The notes under the pieces are model-generated. The model was not told where the DNA came from, did not search any database, and saw nothing but the letters and a program-made list of their open reading frames with translations. A stretch of 64,000 nucleotides of DNA, taken from the NCBI GenBank assembly GCA_963783375.1, contig CAWANH010000028.1, positions 1,600,001 through 1,664,000 of the forward strand. The letters run 5' to 3'. A program made the position numbers and the translations under genes. Positions 38,734-47,371 of the stretch are shown piece by piece (position 1 is the stretch's first letter; every line of letters begins with the position of its first letter). The DNA comes from Candidatus Eiseniibacteriota bacterium. GTDB taxonomy: Bacteria > Eisenbacteria > RBG-16-71-46 > JABDJR01.

Positions 38734-39737
38734 GCGGATGGACGGTGCGCGAGGCCACCGCGGCGGAGCGCGCGGAGCTGGGCCGGACCGAAGAGCGGCT
38801 CTTTCCCGCCGGGGCAGCCCCCGACGCGGCGTGGCTCCTGGACCGGAACCCCGCCGGAGCGGGGGCGGTGTTCGTGGCGGTGGGTCCGCACGGGGAGCTG
38901 GGCGGCACCCGCTCGCTCTTCCCCTGGCGGTTTCAGGTCGACGGGCGCGAGGTCACGGTGGGACAGGCCGGGCGCGCCTGGACCGCTCCCGAGTTCCGCG
39001 GCCGGGGGGTGAGCGTCACCATCGGCCGGCGGCTCCGCGAGGCGGCGGGGGAGCGCGGGCTTCCGTTTCTCTTTTCGTTTCCCAGCGCGGCGGCGATTCC
39101 CGGCCATCGCCGGCTCGGTCACGATGTGGCGCCGGTCTTTCGCCGCCGCCAGGCGATCCTGAGCCCCCGCGCGGTGGTCGGCGCCCTCCCCCGCGTTCTC
39201 GATCTCCCGGTCGCCGCGGGGCGGAAGCTCCTGGTCCGCCGCGGCGGGGGAAGCTGGGAGCGGACGGCCGATCTCGCCGGCGATGCCGATCGCCTGTGGC
39301 CCGATCTGGCCGGTGAACCGGGGATCCGCGGGGTGCGGGACGCGGTCTTCACCGCGTGGCGCTATTCCGCCGACTCCGGGCGCGCCTACGAGTTCTGGCG
39401 GTTCCCCGCCGGGGGCGCGGCCCGGCTTCTGGCCGTGGTGCGCTTCATCCGGCGGAGGGCGCGGGTGGTGGACCTCTGGGGCCGGTGCGACCGGTCCGAG
39501 GCCCCGGCCGCGGTGGCCGCTCTGGTGGAGGCCCTGGCCCGGGAGGGCGCGTGGCTGGTGGACTGGTCGGAGCCGCTCCACGGGTTCTGGGCGGGGGTGG
39601 GGCCGAGGGCGGGGTTTCTCCCCCGGCGCCAGGAAACCTGGATGGCCCGCTGGATCGGGGCCTCGGTGGGCGATCGGAGCCCGTTCGGCTCGCCGCGGGC
39701 GTTCGCGCTCACCGAAGGGGATACCGACTATGCCTGA
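38730..39737 (+). CDS. GNAT family N-acetyltransferase
   Basis: WLLDRNP, TAPEFRGRGV acetyl-CoA motif, FSFP, WRY, C-terminal GDTD. Confidence 0.75.
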   Translation: MSGWTVREATAAERAELGRTEERLFPAGAAPDAAWLLDRNPAGAGAVFVAVGPHGELGGTRSLFPWRFQVDGREVTVGQAGRAWTAPEFRGRGVSVTIGRRLREAAGERGLPFLFSFPSAAAIPGHRRLGHDVAPVFRRRQAILSPRAVVGALPRVLDLPVAAGRKLLVRRGGGSWERTADLAGDADRLWPDLAGEPGIRGVRDAVFTAWRYSADSGRAYEFWRFPAGGAARLLAVVRFIRRRARVVDLWGRCDRSEAPAAVAALVEALAREGAWLVDWSEPLHGFWAGVGPRAGFLPRRQETWMARWIGASVGDRSPFGSPRAFALTEGDTDYA

Positions 39738-39764
39738 GCGATTCGGCCCGGGGGGCGCACGACG

Positions 39765-41321
39765 GTGAGCCGCATCCGCACCAACACCATCTCCCTGGGA
39801 AGTTCCTTCTTCATCACCGCGTTTCTGGCCTTCGTCCAGGTCAAGCTCATCACCAACTACCTGAGCCAGACCGAGGTCGGGGTGTGGTCGGCGGTGACCG
39901 CGGTGGGGGCGCTCCTCACCGCGTTCTCGGAGCTGGGGATGCCCCAGGTCCTGGTTCGCTACGGGGCCAAGTACGACGTCGAGCGCCGGCTCGCCCGCCT
40001 GCGGCGGCTCCACAAGTTCACTCTCTCCGTCTACCTGGGAGCGATGGCGGTGGTGGTCGGGGTGCTGATCGCGGCCGGGCCGGTGGTGGCTCGTCTCCTG
40101 GGCGGATCCGAGGTGGACCGCTGGCTGCTCGTACTCGGCTACTTCGCCTGGGCCTCGGGGACGCTCAGGGCGCTCAACAACGCCTCGTTCCGCGGGCTTC
40201 GCCGGATGCCGGTCATGGCCGCCCTCGAGATCGCGTTCTCGTTCATGGTCACCCTCTCGTACTTCCTCATGCGGCGGCACCTCTCGGTGCACCTGGCCCT
40301 GGTGGCGTTCCTGGCCGCCAGCGTCCTGGTGGGGTTGGCCGGCCACGGGCTGTTGGTCCGGCTCCTGGCCACGCTACGGGGGGAGGAGAGCGCCGCCGGC
40401 GAGGCCTCGCCGATCCTTCCCGAGATCCGGCGGTTCTGGGGCGGCGCGGCGGCGGCGGGGGTGCTCCTCATCTTCATCGAACAGCTGGACAAGACCCTGA
40501 TCGCGGGGCTGGTGTCCTTCGCCGCCCTGGCCATCTTCCACGTGGCGGCGCGGCTCGCCCTCTTCGCGCGGCGGCTCCTCTACGTTCCCTTCCAGGTCAT
40601 GTATCCCGAGATCACCCACAAGTGGGAGGGAACCCGCCGTGATGAGCTTCCGGCGGACATGGAGCTCTTCATCAAGCTCGAGCTGGGCCTGGGGCTCATG
40701 CTCATGGTGTTTCTCACCGTGTTCGCCCGGCCGCTCCTGCTCCTGGTGAGCACCCCGGAGTTCCTGCCCGGGGCCCCGGTGCTCTGGGTCTTCACCGGGG
40801 TGGTGCCGTTCCTGTGCCTCTACCAGCCGCTGGTGCTGTTTCTCCGGGCCATCGGAAACGTGTGGTACGCCTTCGCCGCCGACTGCTCCTGGCTGGTGAT
40901 CTACCTCACCCTGGGTTCGCTCCTGGTCCTGCCCCTGGGGCTCCCGGGTTTCGTGGCCGGGCAGATCGTGGCCTCGGCGGTGGTGCTCACCTACGCCCTG
41001 ACCATCTTCCGGCGCCTCGGTCTTCCGCGCCCCCCGGTCCCGTTCTTCCTCAAGCGGCTGGCCCTGGCCGCAGTGGTGTGGGGGGGCTCGGTGGCCGCGG
41101 GCTCCCGGCTGCCCGCGCTGCCCTGGTGGGAGCTCGGGGTCCTGGCCGCCGCGCTGGCGGTGGCGGGGAACTTTCTCCTGGTCCGTGGCGGTTTTCTCAC
41201 CCGCCGCGAGGAGCAGCGCGCGGTGATCATGCTGGCCGGAAGCGGGCCGGCGGGGCGGGTGGCGCAGTTCCTCCTGGCCTGGCCGAGGGGTGGGGTGCGT
41301 GCGCTCTCGCGGGAGGGGTAG
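39765..41321 (+). CDS. wzx: Oligosaccharide flippase (Wzx/MATE-like)
   Basis: About 14 TM helices, SELGMPQVLVRY, QLDKTLI, AIFHVAARL, MYPEIT. Confidence 0.75.
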   Translation: MSRIRTNTISLGSSFFITAFLAFVQVKLITNYLSQTEVGVWSAVTAVGALLTAFSELGMPQVLVRYGAKYDVERRLARLRRLHKFTLSVYLGAMAVVVGVLIAAGPVVARLLGGSEVDRWLLVLGYFAWASGTLRALNNASFRGLRRMPVMAALEIAFSFMVTLSYFLMRRHLSVHLALVAFLAASVLVGLAGHGLLVRLLATLRGEESAAGEASPILPEIRRFWGGAAAAGVLLIFIEQLDKTLIAGLVSFAALAIFHVAARLALFARRLLYVPFQVMYPEITHKWEGTRRDELPADMELFIKLELGLGLMLMVFLTVFARPLLLLVSTPEFLPGAPVLWVFTGVVPFLCLYQPLVLFLRAIGNVWYAFAADCSWLVIYLTLGSLLVLPLGLPGFVAGQIVASAVVLTYALTIFRRLGLPRPPVPFFLKRLALAAVVWGGSVAAGSRLPALPWWELGVLAAALAVAGNFLLVRGGFLTRREEQRAVIMLAGSGPAGRVAQFLLAWPRGGVRALSREG

Positions 41322-41339
41322 CCTTGACGACCGCCTCCC

Positions 41340-41368
41340 TTGTTCAGGTCACCGCCGCCCTCTAGACT
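41340..41368 (+). promoter_or_regulatory. Putative sigma-70 promoter
   Basis: TTGTTC-N17-TAGACT upstream of the AAGGAG RBS and TTG at 41398. Confidence 0.45.
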
Positions 41369-41397
41369 TGTAAGGTTTGGAGACAAGGAGCGCCGGT

Positions 41398-42491
41398 TTG
41401 AAGGGATACGACACCATCACGGATTCCCCGCGGGGCCGGGCGCCGGGCCGCGTGGCGCGCGGCCCGGGGGGCGCCCTCCGGATCTGGGCCGGGCCGGCTC
41501 TGGCCGCCGCCGTTCTTTTCGGGGCGGTGGCGCTCGCCGGTTGCGGAGGCCGGGGAACCGCTCTGGCCCCGGCTGCTCCACCGGCGATCGGGTGCCCACC
41601 GCGGTCCGGGCCGCGGTCGAGCGGGCGGCCGGGGACTTCTACGATCGGGCCCGCCGGGGGGAGTGGCACGCGGTTTACGAGAACGTGGCTCCGACGGTTC
41701 GGACCGGCACCACCGAGGACCGGTTCACCACCCCGCTGGCCCGGGTGGCCGAGAGGAACGGCTATCCATCCGAACTTCACACCGAATCCCTCCGCGTGGT
41801 GAAGTTCGGCGACGGTTTCCCCTATACGCCCCACGTCTCCTGCCCCACGCCGGGGGAGGAGGATCCCACCACCCTCCTCCTCACCCAGTTTCCGGTCCAG
41901 GCATCCCTGGTGCAGACCGGGATGCAGGGGGGAGAGCGCTTCTACTACTCCACCCTCTGGTTCCGGGTGGATGGAGGCTGGAAGCTCGCCACCTTCTTCA
42001 CCAAGCCGGCCACCATCGCCGGCCGGGATTGGCGGGACTACGACCAGGAGGCCGGGGCCCAGAAGCTGGCCCAGAACCTCCGGAACGCCGCGCTCCTCTA
42101 CAACGTGGCCATCGACCTGTCCGTTCCCGCCGCCTGGGTCAAGCCCGGAGCGGTGTCGGAGCTCCAGCGCCGGCAGCGCCGGATCTCGGTGGAGGGTCTT
42201 CCGTCGGGTCGGATCATCCCCTGGATCGCTCCACCCGACACCTTCCTCGTCCGCAGCGTGGGCTACACCATTCAGCCCTCGGGATTGGGGCTCATCGTGC
42301 AGTATCCGGTTCGCGCGTCGATCGCCGACACCACCGCCCAGGCCGCCTACGCGGACCGGATGGTGGCCTACGTGCGGCGGATGTTTCCGGAATTCAAGGC
42401 GGAGTTCCGGACGATCACCCTGCTGGGCTACGAGCCGAAGGACGAGAGCTTGACCTGGAGCCGCACCCAGCCCCTGGTGGAGTCGCGGTGA
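41398..42491 (+). CDS. Hypothetical lipoprotein, split by an indel near 41570
   Basis: Lipobox VALAG|C in one frame; mature domain (GCSTGDRVPTAVR...LVESR) in the adjacent frame; stop overlaps the next GTG. Confidence 0.6.
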
Positions 42492-43624
42492 GCGGCCGGA
42501 AGCCGCTCCGATTGGCCTATCTCTCCATCGGCCGCCACATCCACACCGAGCGCTGGCTCACCTGGTTCGCCCGCCGGGGCCACGACGTGCACCTCCTCAC
42601 CGTCCAGCCGGGGCCCATGCCGGGGATCTTCGTTCACGACATCACCTCCGGGGCGGGGCCCAAGCCCCTCCGCTACGCGGTCAGCCTGGTCAAGGTCCGC
42701 TCCATCCTGGGGGCGCTTCACCCCGACCTCCTTCATACCCACTTCCTCACCGGCTACGGCTACTGGGGGGTGTTCAGCGGCTGGCATCCCTTCGTGCTCA
42801 CGGTGTGGGGGGACGACGTCTACGTGACCCCCTTCGAGAATGCGGTCAAGAACCGCCTGGCCCGGACCGCACTCCGGAAGGCCGACTACGTGACCGGTGA
42901 TTCCGAGGACATCGTGGCCGCCTGCGTGAAGCTCGGGGCCGAACCCTCCCGATCCGAGGTGGTGCAGTGGGGGGTGGACTTCGGGAAGTTCCACTCCGGG
43001 ATCTCGGGCCGGGAGGTGCGAGAGCGCCTCGGCATTCCGCCCGAGGCGCCGGTGGTTCTCTCCACCCGCTCCTTCACCCAGCCCTACTACAACATCGACC
43101 TGGTGGTGGACACCGCCCCGAAGGTGCGGGAGCGCTTTCCCGACGTCCACTACGTGATCGCCGGCAACGAGGGGGACGACGCCGCGCTCCGGGCCCGGGC
43201 GGAGGCGCTGGGGCTCACCGACCGCGTGCACTGGGTCGGCCGGATCCCCCACGCCGAACTCCCGGCCTGGCTCGCCGCGAGCACGGTGTTTCTCACCGTT
43301 CCTTCCGTGGACGCCACCGCGGTGAGCCTCCTGGAGGCCATGGCCTGCCGCTCCGCGGTGGTGGCCACCGACCTTCCCTCGGCCGCGGAGTGGATCCGGG
43401 ACGGCGAGACCGGGCTCTCCGTCTCCCCGCGGGACGGGGACGCCCTGATCGAAGCCATCGTGCGGTTCCTGGCCGACCCGGACCTTCGCGCGCGAACCGG
43501 CGAGGCCGCGGAGCGGGTGGTGCGGGCCAAGGCCGACCACGACCGGAACATGGCCCGGGTGGAGGAGATCTACTACACCCTGGTGGAAGGCCGGATCCCC
43601 TCGCCGCCGGCCGGCGTGGCCTGA
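42488..43624 (+). CDS. Glycosyltransferase family 4
   Basis: HIHTERW, PDLLHTH, WGDDV, WGVD, SLLEAMAC. Confidence 0.88.
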   Translation: MSGRKPLRLAYLSIGRHIHTERWLTWFARRGHDVHLLTVQPGPMPGIFVHDITSGAGPKPLRYAVSLVKVRSILGALHPDLLHTHFLTGYGYWGVFSGWHPFVLTVWGDDVYVTPFENAVKNRLARTALRKADYVTGDSEDIVAACVKLGAEPSRSEVVQWGVDFGKFHSGISGREVRERLGIPPEAPVVLSTRSFTQPYYNIDLVVDTAPKVRERFPDVHYVIAGNEGDDAALRARAEALGLTDRVHWVGRIPHAELPAWLAASTVFLTVPSVDATAVSLLEAMACRSAVVATDLPSAAEWIRDGETGLSVSPRDGDALIEAIVRFLADPDLRARTGEAAERVVRAKADHDRNMARVEEIYYTLVEGRIPSPPAGVA

Positions 43625-43665
43625 GACCGGAGCGCTTCCGGGCCGGCGGGGTTAGACTGTCCTCC

Positions 43666-44595
43666 ATGAAGATCAGCGTCGTCACTCCCACCCACAACAA
43701 GCAGGCGCTCCTCCGCCGGACCCTGGCTTCTCTCGAAGCCCAGGACGTGGGGACGGACGCCTTCGAGGTCGTGGTGGTGGACGACGGGTCCTCGGACGGG
43801 ACCGCCGGGCTTCTGGCCGGGCTGCGGACCCCCTACCCCCTGAAATCGGTCCGGGTGGAGCAGAACCGCGGGCGGGCGGCGGCCCGGAACCGCGGCCTGG
43901 AGCGGGCCGAGGGCGGCCTGGTGGTGTTCCTGGACGACGACATGGAGCTGGTGCCGGGATTTCTCCGCGCCCACCGCGAGCTGCACGAGACCGGGGAGAG
44001 GGTGGCCGGGGTGGGTAACGTGGTGAACCATCCCGAGATCACCATGGCCCCCATAGACCGCTACATGTCCACCCGGGGCGCCCAGAAGATCGGGACGCGG
44101 GGCCCCCTCCCCTGGCGATATTTCAGCACCAACAACTCGTCGGTGAAGCGGGAGGATCTGGCCGCGGTGGGGGAGTTCGACGAGAACTTCGTCCACTACG
44201 GCTTCGAGGACCTGGAGCTGGCGCTGCGCCTGGAGCGGGAGCGGGGCCTCGCCTTCCGCTTCGTGCCGGGGGCGCGGTCCCTCCACATCCATCCCCACAC
44301 CTTGAATGAGGTTCTGGAAAAGAAAACCTTGTGCGGAAGGGCTTCCTTGCCGTACTTGTTCCACAAGCATCCCGAGACGCGCCGCAGTCTCGGGTACCAC
44401 CGGTTCGATCCCCCCCGGGCCGGCGATCCCTTGTCCCTGAACCTGGTCCGCGTCGTTTGCCGAACTCTTTTGACGCGTCCGGTGTATAGGATGGTAAGGC
44501 CCCTGGCCGAACTGAACCTGGGAAAGCTGACCGATCGAGTCCTGGATTACCTGGTCCAGTACCATTACCTGGAGGGGCTTCGGCACCCCTTTTGA
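43666..44595 (+). CDS. Glycosyltransferase family 2
   Basis: VVTPTHN, VDDGSSDGT, AAARNRG, FLDDD, YGFEDLE. Confidence 0.88.
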   Translation: MKISVVTPTHNKQALLRRTLASLEAQDVGTDAFEVVVVDDGSSDGTAGLLAGLRTPYPLKSVRVEQNRGRAAARNRGLERAEGGLVVFLDDDMELVPGFLRAHRELHETGERVAGVGNVVNHPEITMAPIDRYMSTRGAQKIGTRGPLPWRYFSTNNSSVKREDLAAVGEFDENFVHYGFEDLELALRLERERGLAFRFVPGARSLHIHPHTLNEVLEKKTLCGRASLPYLFHKHPETRRSLGYHRFDPPRAGDPLSLNLVRVVCRTLLTRPVYRMVRPLAELNLGKLTDRVLDYLVQYHYLEGLRHPF

Positions 44596-44631
44596 GGGAC
44601 GATCGGCACGGACCCGTTTGGGTGGGCGAGC

Positions 44632-45372
44632 ATGAAGATCACGACCCTGGCTCTCGATCGACGCTACCCGGTGGACCTGGCGGAGGAGGCCCGGGGCCTT
44701 CTGCGTCTCGTCCCCCCCGAGCATCTGGTCGGGATCTCCCGCATCACGGTCTCCGGGAGCCGCCCTCTGGACGAGATGGCCGGAGAAGAGGTGCTGGGGC
44801 AGTACTTCGAAGCCTACGACGGCGAGCCCGCCTTCATCATGATCTATCCCCAGGAGATGGCCCGCGAGGTGCCGTTCCTCCTCCGTCCATTCCCGGTGGT
44901 CTGGCGGGTGCTCCTGGCCGAGACCCTCTTTCACGAGGTCGGGCACCACTACCAGCGATTCACCCACGGCATCCGGAAGCCCGCCCAGGAGAACCACGCG
45001 GAGTCCTACGGCCTTCGCCATGCCCGGGCGGCGTTTCCCGGCGTCTACCGGGTCCTGGACCAGTGGGACCGCGTCCGGCGGGTGGTGCGCCGGATGAGGC
45101 TCTGGGGGCTCGAGCGGAAGCGCGCCCTGGGCCTGGCCTCCGCCCCCATCCTCTACGAGCTGGGGCGGCTCTACTGGGAAGAGGAAGACTGGTCTCGGGT
45201 GGTCGCGGTGTGGGAGGAGGCGTTGGCCCTGGACCCGGGCTTCGCTCCGATCAGCGAGTGGCTTCCGAGGGCGCGGCGCCGGCACCGGGTCCAGTCGCGG
45301 AAGCACCTGGCGGCGGGAGGGGTCCGGCGCCGGGCCCAGCGCCGCCCGGCGCGGTCCGGCCACCGGCGCTGA
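44632..45372 (+). CDS. Hypothetical protein with zincin-like HExxH domain and a TPR
   Basis: VLGQY, TLFHEVGHH, ENHAESY; TPR-like ILYELGRLYW...WEEALALDP. Confidence 0.6.
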   Translation: MKITTLALDRRYPVDLAEEARGLLRLVPPEHLVGISRITVSGSRPLDEMAGEEVLGQYFEAYDGEPAFIMIYPQEMAREVPFLLRPFPVVWRVLLAETLFHEVGHHYQRFTHGIRKPAQENHAESYGLRHARAAFPGVYRVLDQWDRVRRVVRRMRLWGLERKRALGLASAPILYELGRLYWEEEDWSRVVAVWEEALALDPGFAPISEWLPRARRRHRVQSRKHLAAGGVRRRAQRRPARSGHRR

Positions 45373-45576
45373 CCCGGGGATAGACCGCCGCCGGCTCGGT
45401 TCGTCCGGGGGACCGGTCCCTTCGCCGCACGGCCGGCGCACGTCTCCCGGAGGATCCCCCGCCGGTCCAGGCGGCCGGCGCCCGCGGGTGTCCTCGCTCC
45501 GCGTTCTCGGGTATCCTTTCCCGATGCTGAACCCGAACCGCTCTATTTTCCCGCGCCTCGCTCGGAGCCTCGAACC

Positions 45577-46455
45577 ATGACCCGCCGGGAACGCGCCGGG
45601 CACGTCCTGGCTCGGCTGAAAGACGCCTACCCCGAGGCCCGCTGCGCCCTCGTCCACCGGAACCCCTTCGAGCTCCTGGTGGCCACCATCCTCTCCGCCC
45701 AGTGCACCGACGAGCGGGTGAACATGGTCACCCCGGGACTCTTCCGCCGGTGGCCCACCCCCCAGGCGATGGCCGCGGCCGATCCCGGGGAGCTGGAGGA
45801 GACGATCCGCTCCACCGGGTTCTATCACAACAAGGCCAAATCGATCCTGGGGGCGTCCCGCCGGATCACCGAGGAGTTCGGGGGGCGGGTGCCGGAAGCC
45901 ATGGAAGACCTCCTCACCCTCCCGGGGGTGGCCCGGAAGACGGCCAACGTCGTCCTGGGGACCGCGTTCGGCCGGAACGAGGGCGTGGTGGTGGACACCC
46001 ACGTCCAGCGCCTGTCCCAGCGGATGGGACTCACCACCGAGCAGGATCCCCCGAAGATCGAGCGCGGGCTGATGGACCTCTTCCCCCGGGAGGAATGGAC
46101 GGACCTCAGTCACCGGCTCATCATGCACGGCCGCCTCATCTGCAATGCCCGGCTCCCCAAATGCGTCCAGTGCGTGATGGGGGCCGAGGTGTGCCCGTCC
46201 TACCAGCCCGACGCCGCAGCCTGGCGATCGGGGAAGGCCGAGCGGGCGGGGAAGCCGGGGAAGCCCGCGGCCGGGAAGAGGGCGGCGGAGAAGGCCGGAG
46301 CGAAGACGGCCGGGACGGCGGCGAAGCAGACCGCGAAGACCGCCGGAGTGAAGGCCGGAATGAAGCCCGCAAAGAAGTCGGCCCCGAAGACGAGGAAGAA
46401 GGCCGGACGCGCGTCGGGAAACCGGGCGAAGACCAGCCGCCGCGGATCGCGCTGA
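45577..46455 (+). CDS. nth: Endonuclease III with Lys/Ala-rich C-terminal tail
   Basis: LLVATILSAQCTD, HhH LPGVARKTANVV, VVDTHV, four-Cys FeS loop. Confidence 0.93.
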   Translation: MTRRERAGHVLARLKDAYPEARCALVHRNPFELLVATILSAQCTDERVNMVTPGLFRRWPTPQAMAAADPGELEETIRSTGFYHNKAKSILGASRRITEEFGGRVPEAMEDLLTLPGVARKTANVVLGTAFGRNEGVVVDTHVQRLSQRMGLTTEQDPPKIERGLMDLFPREEWTDLSHRLIMHGRLICNARLPKCVQCVMGAEVCPSYQPDAAAWRSGKAERAGKPGKPAAGKRAAEKAGAKTAGTAAKQTAKTAGVKAGMKPAKKSAPKTRKKAGRASGNRAKTSRRGSR

Positions 46456-46588
46456 GTCCGTCCGCGGTCCGGCCGGCGGAACCGTCGGCCGCCGCCGGTC
46501 GTCTCCGCGGAGTCCTGGGGCGGAGATCGACCGGGCGGCGCGCGAACAGAGGTTCAGTCCATGAGCGGGCCGCTCCCCCCGCCCCCGG

Positions 46589-47188
46589 TTACGGGTATTG
46601 CTCGCGCTCCGGGGCGGCGGAGGCCGTGGGGCTGTGCGCCTCGAGTTCCTGTCCCAGCTTCTCCATGGCCTGCATCTGCCGGTCCATCTGCGCGCCCAGG
46701 GAGTCGGACTGGTGACGGAGGTAATCGAGGTTGGTGCGCATCTGGGGATCGTTGGTGATGCTCGGGCTTTGCAGCATTTCGGCGTAGCGCCGGTCGGTCT
46801 GCTGCATGAGCTGAGCCATGGCGCTCATGGTCCCGGCCATCCGCTGGACCATCGCCTCGTACTTGCCGGTGGCCCCCGGGGTTTCCTTCATCATTCCGGC
46901 CATGGTGTCGTCGAGCTCACGAGCCCGTGCCGCCATGCTCTTCATCGAATCCATCATCGTGTCCATCTGGGTGCCGCGGGCGGCCATGGTCTCGCCCATG
47001 CGGGAGACGTCGCTCTCGTTCATCATCGCGCCGGGCGGCATCATGCCGCCGTGCATCGAGCCGCCCCGCATGGCGCCCGAGCCGCCGCCGGGCTTCGTCC
47101 CGTCGGCCTTGGCCTCTCCCGTGGTCAGGGTGAACGCCACCAGCGCCAACCCCAGAATGGAAAGCAAAGCGATTCGGATCGTCTTCAT
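46589..47188 (-). CDS. Secreted Met-rich helical hypothetical protein
   Basis: AAGGAG RBS, signal peptide MKTIRIALL...AKA, about 27 Met in 199 aa. Confidence 0.7.
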   Translation of the reverse strand: MKTIRIALLSILGLALVAFTLTTGEAKADGTKPGGGSGAMRGGSMHGGMMPPGAMMNESDVSRMGETMAARGTQMDTMMDSMKSMAARARELDDTMAGMMKETPGATGKYEAMVQRMAGTMSAMAQLMQQTDRRYAEMLQSPSITNDPQMRTNLDYLRHQSDSLGAQMDRQMQAMEKLGQELEAHSPTASAAPEREQYP

Positions 47189-47371
47189 GATCGTGCTCCT
47201 TGATCGATTCCATCGTGGCAGAACCAATGGTTTGTCAACGGGGCGGGTGCCCGCCCGGCCCCACGTCTCTCAATACCCGCGCCGGCCGGACTGTATTCAC
47301 GGATTCTTTTTCCCGGGGTCATTGGGATATGTAACGTCCGGGGAGCGCGCCGGGGCCGGCGGCCGGAGGGT

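Noticed and set aside
41664-41679. Sigma-54-like TGGCACG-N4-TTAC (also TGGCAC at 26940 and ~61233)
   Set aside because: All lie inside coding sequence and lack the invariant -12 GC; no credible sigma-54 promoter found in the window
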